Origin: a virus
Lineage: Duplodnaviria > Caudoviricetes
IMG/VR virus record: IMGVR_UViG_3300017777_002275
Span: 1-32,290 of that record
Length of the DNA stretch: 32,290 nucleotides
Direction: 5' to 3' (one strand)
Shown in pieces: positions 31,119-32,290 of the stretch; the first letter of the stretch is position 1; every line of letters begins with the position of its first letter. The notes beneath the pieces were generated by a model, which searched no databases, was not told the DNA's origin, and worked only from the letters and a program-made list of their open reading frames with translations. The translations under genes and the position numbers were made by a program.

Positions 31119-32290
31119 GTACGGTCTTTGGCTCGTTTTGCGGCTTTTGCCCTGTCATTGATAGCCTTATCCTTTGCAGCCATCACCTTTTTACGCTGTT
31201 GTGCGTCAAACTGTGCCAGTTCGTCTCGGGACAGTTTGTGAATCTCGTTGATGCTGATCATACCCACATCAACCCAGTCGCTGCTCTCCCAAATCATGTC
31301 TACGCCGTTGTCCATGAGAACTCGTGGCGACTTTGCGAACGGATTGTCTTCGATCACGCGCAGACCTTGAGCACCTGCTTCCAGTTTCACTGGCTTGCCC
31401 GCAGCAGTGACTAGAACAGGTGTACCGTTCTTCATGGCTACTTTGAGTTTGATGGAGTACTCACCGTCGCCGCGAGTGCCAAAGAACTCTATCGTGGTTC
31501 CGGTCTTCTTGGACAGGGCAGTGTTGATAAGGTCTTGAGCAGTGAAAATCTTGGACGCAACATTGGTTTGTGGTTCAGCCTTCTTTTCTTTCGCGGGCTT
31601 CGGAGTGTAGCCTGTAAGCGGCTTCATTGCACCACGGAACTTGCTGTCGGGATCGTGCACGATCTTTCCACTCTTGCTCTTGCCGCGCTTTGGGCGACCC
31701 AAGCCCACCACACGCTCTTGAAGATCAAAGAAGGGAACCATGAAGTCTTCGTAGCCGCCGTTCTTGATGTGCTCTGCCGCTTTCTTCAGCGTTCCAAAGA
31801 AGCCAGGCTTTACACGGTGGTTTCTAAGAATGCTAGTAATAAGTTCTACACTGTTGCCGCCTAGAACAGAACGGTACGCAGGAGGTACCTCGCCTTCACG
31901 TGCGCGTCCAAAAGCAGCGTACTTTCGATACCTGTAGATTTCTTGTACTGCGTCTTTGGGTAGTGACTCGTACCAGTCCTCTACTGCTGCCTTCACTGCG
32001 CCTTCTTCCAGGCGAGCCTGTACAGATTCGTGTAGTGACTGTGCGATTCGTTCAATACGACCACTTCTGAAGTTGCTCATTGCCCATTCCTTTTGTGTTG
32101 GTTTCTTTGCTGCAATTGTTTCGCCGCCGCGTGTCTGACTCAGCAGCCCGATGTCTTTTTGGAACTTGTTGGAAAACTCTATGATCTCTTCAACGGGAAC
32201 AGACTTGCCGCCCCGTGTAATGGTACGGGTCTTCATGGTTGCGTTTGCGCCCGCGCCGTTTGCAATGTCGATTGCCACTTGTGCTGCCCA
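31115..32290 (-). CDS. Modular probable head-internal protein, 5'-truncated by the window edge
   Basis: The frame is open to the window end. Basic modules are separated by LHE, LEE, LQE and INE sites. Confidence 0.7.
   Translation of the reverse strand, partial: WAAQVAIDIANGAGANATMKTRTITRGGKSVPVEEIIEFSNKFQKDIGLLSQTRGGETIAAKKPTQKEWAMSNFRSGRIERIAQSLHESVQARLEEGAVKAAVEDWYESLPKDAVQEIYRYRKYAAFGRAREGEVPPAYRSVLGGNSVELITSILRNHRVKPGFFGTLKKAAEHIKNGGYEDFMVPFFDLQERVVGLGRPKRGKSKSGKIVHDPDSKFRGAMKPLTGYTPKPAKEKKAEPQTNVASKIFTAQDLINTALSKKTGTTIEFFGTRGDGEYSIKLKVAMKNGTPVLVTAAGKPVKLEAGAQGLRVIEDNPFAKSPRVLMDNGVDMIWESSDWVDVGMISINEIHKLSRDELAQFDAQQRKKVMAAKDKAINDRAKAAKRAKDRT

Overview
This window is a 32 kb segment of a large T4-like (myovirus-type) dsDNA phage genome, read in the standard genetic code. 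No tRNA, rRNA, CRISPR array or integrase was seen. The plus-strand arm (1-20.3 kb) opens with an accessory block: UvsE, an i-type lysozyme-like muramidase, a repeat-bearing HNH nuclease, a SpeD-like decarboxylase, an ABC-ATPase/GNAT fusion and a GroES-like protein. It continues with the core replication genes (gp43, UvsX, gp41, gp61), ThyX, a collagen/fibre/LamG structural cassette, a class II RNR, a lipoprotein serine protease and a RuvC-like nuclease. The minus-strand arm (20.3-32.3 kb) encodes a holin-like protein with a lipoprotein partner, fibre-like proteins and a PD-(D/E)XK exonuclease. It also holds a cluster of probable head-internal proteins with T4 capsid-targeting-like N-termini and repeated (V/I/L)-x-E linkers: an 894-aa modular polyprotein-like ORF, a HIGH-family nucleotidyltransferase, a KxDG ligase-like protein and a gp68-like core protein. 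A degenerate late-promoter motif (C/A)TA(A/C/G)ATA recurs at gene junctions, in several cases implying leaderless mRNAs. All product calls come from motif recognition by eye; no database searches were run.
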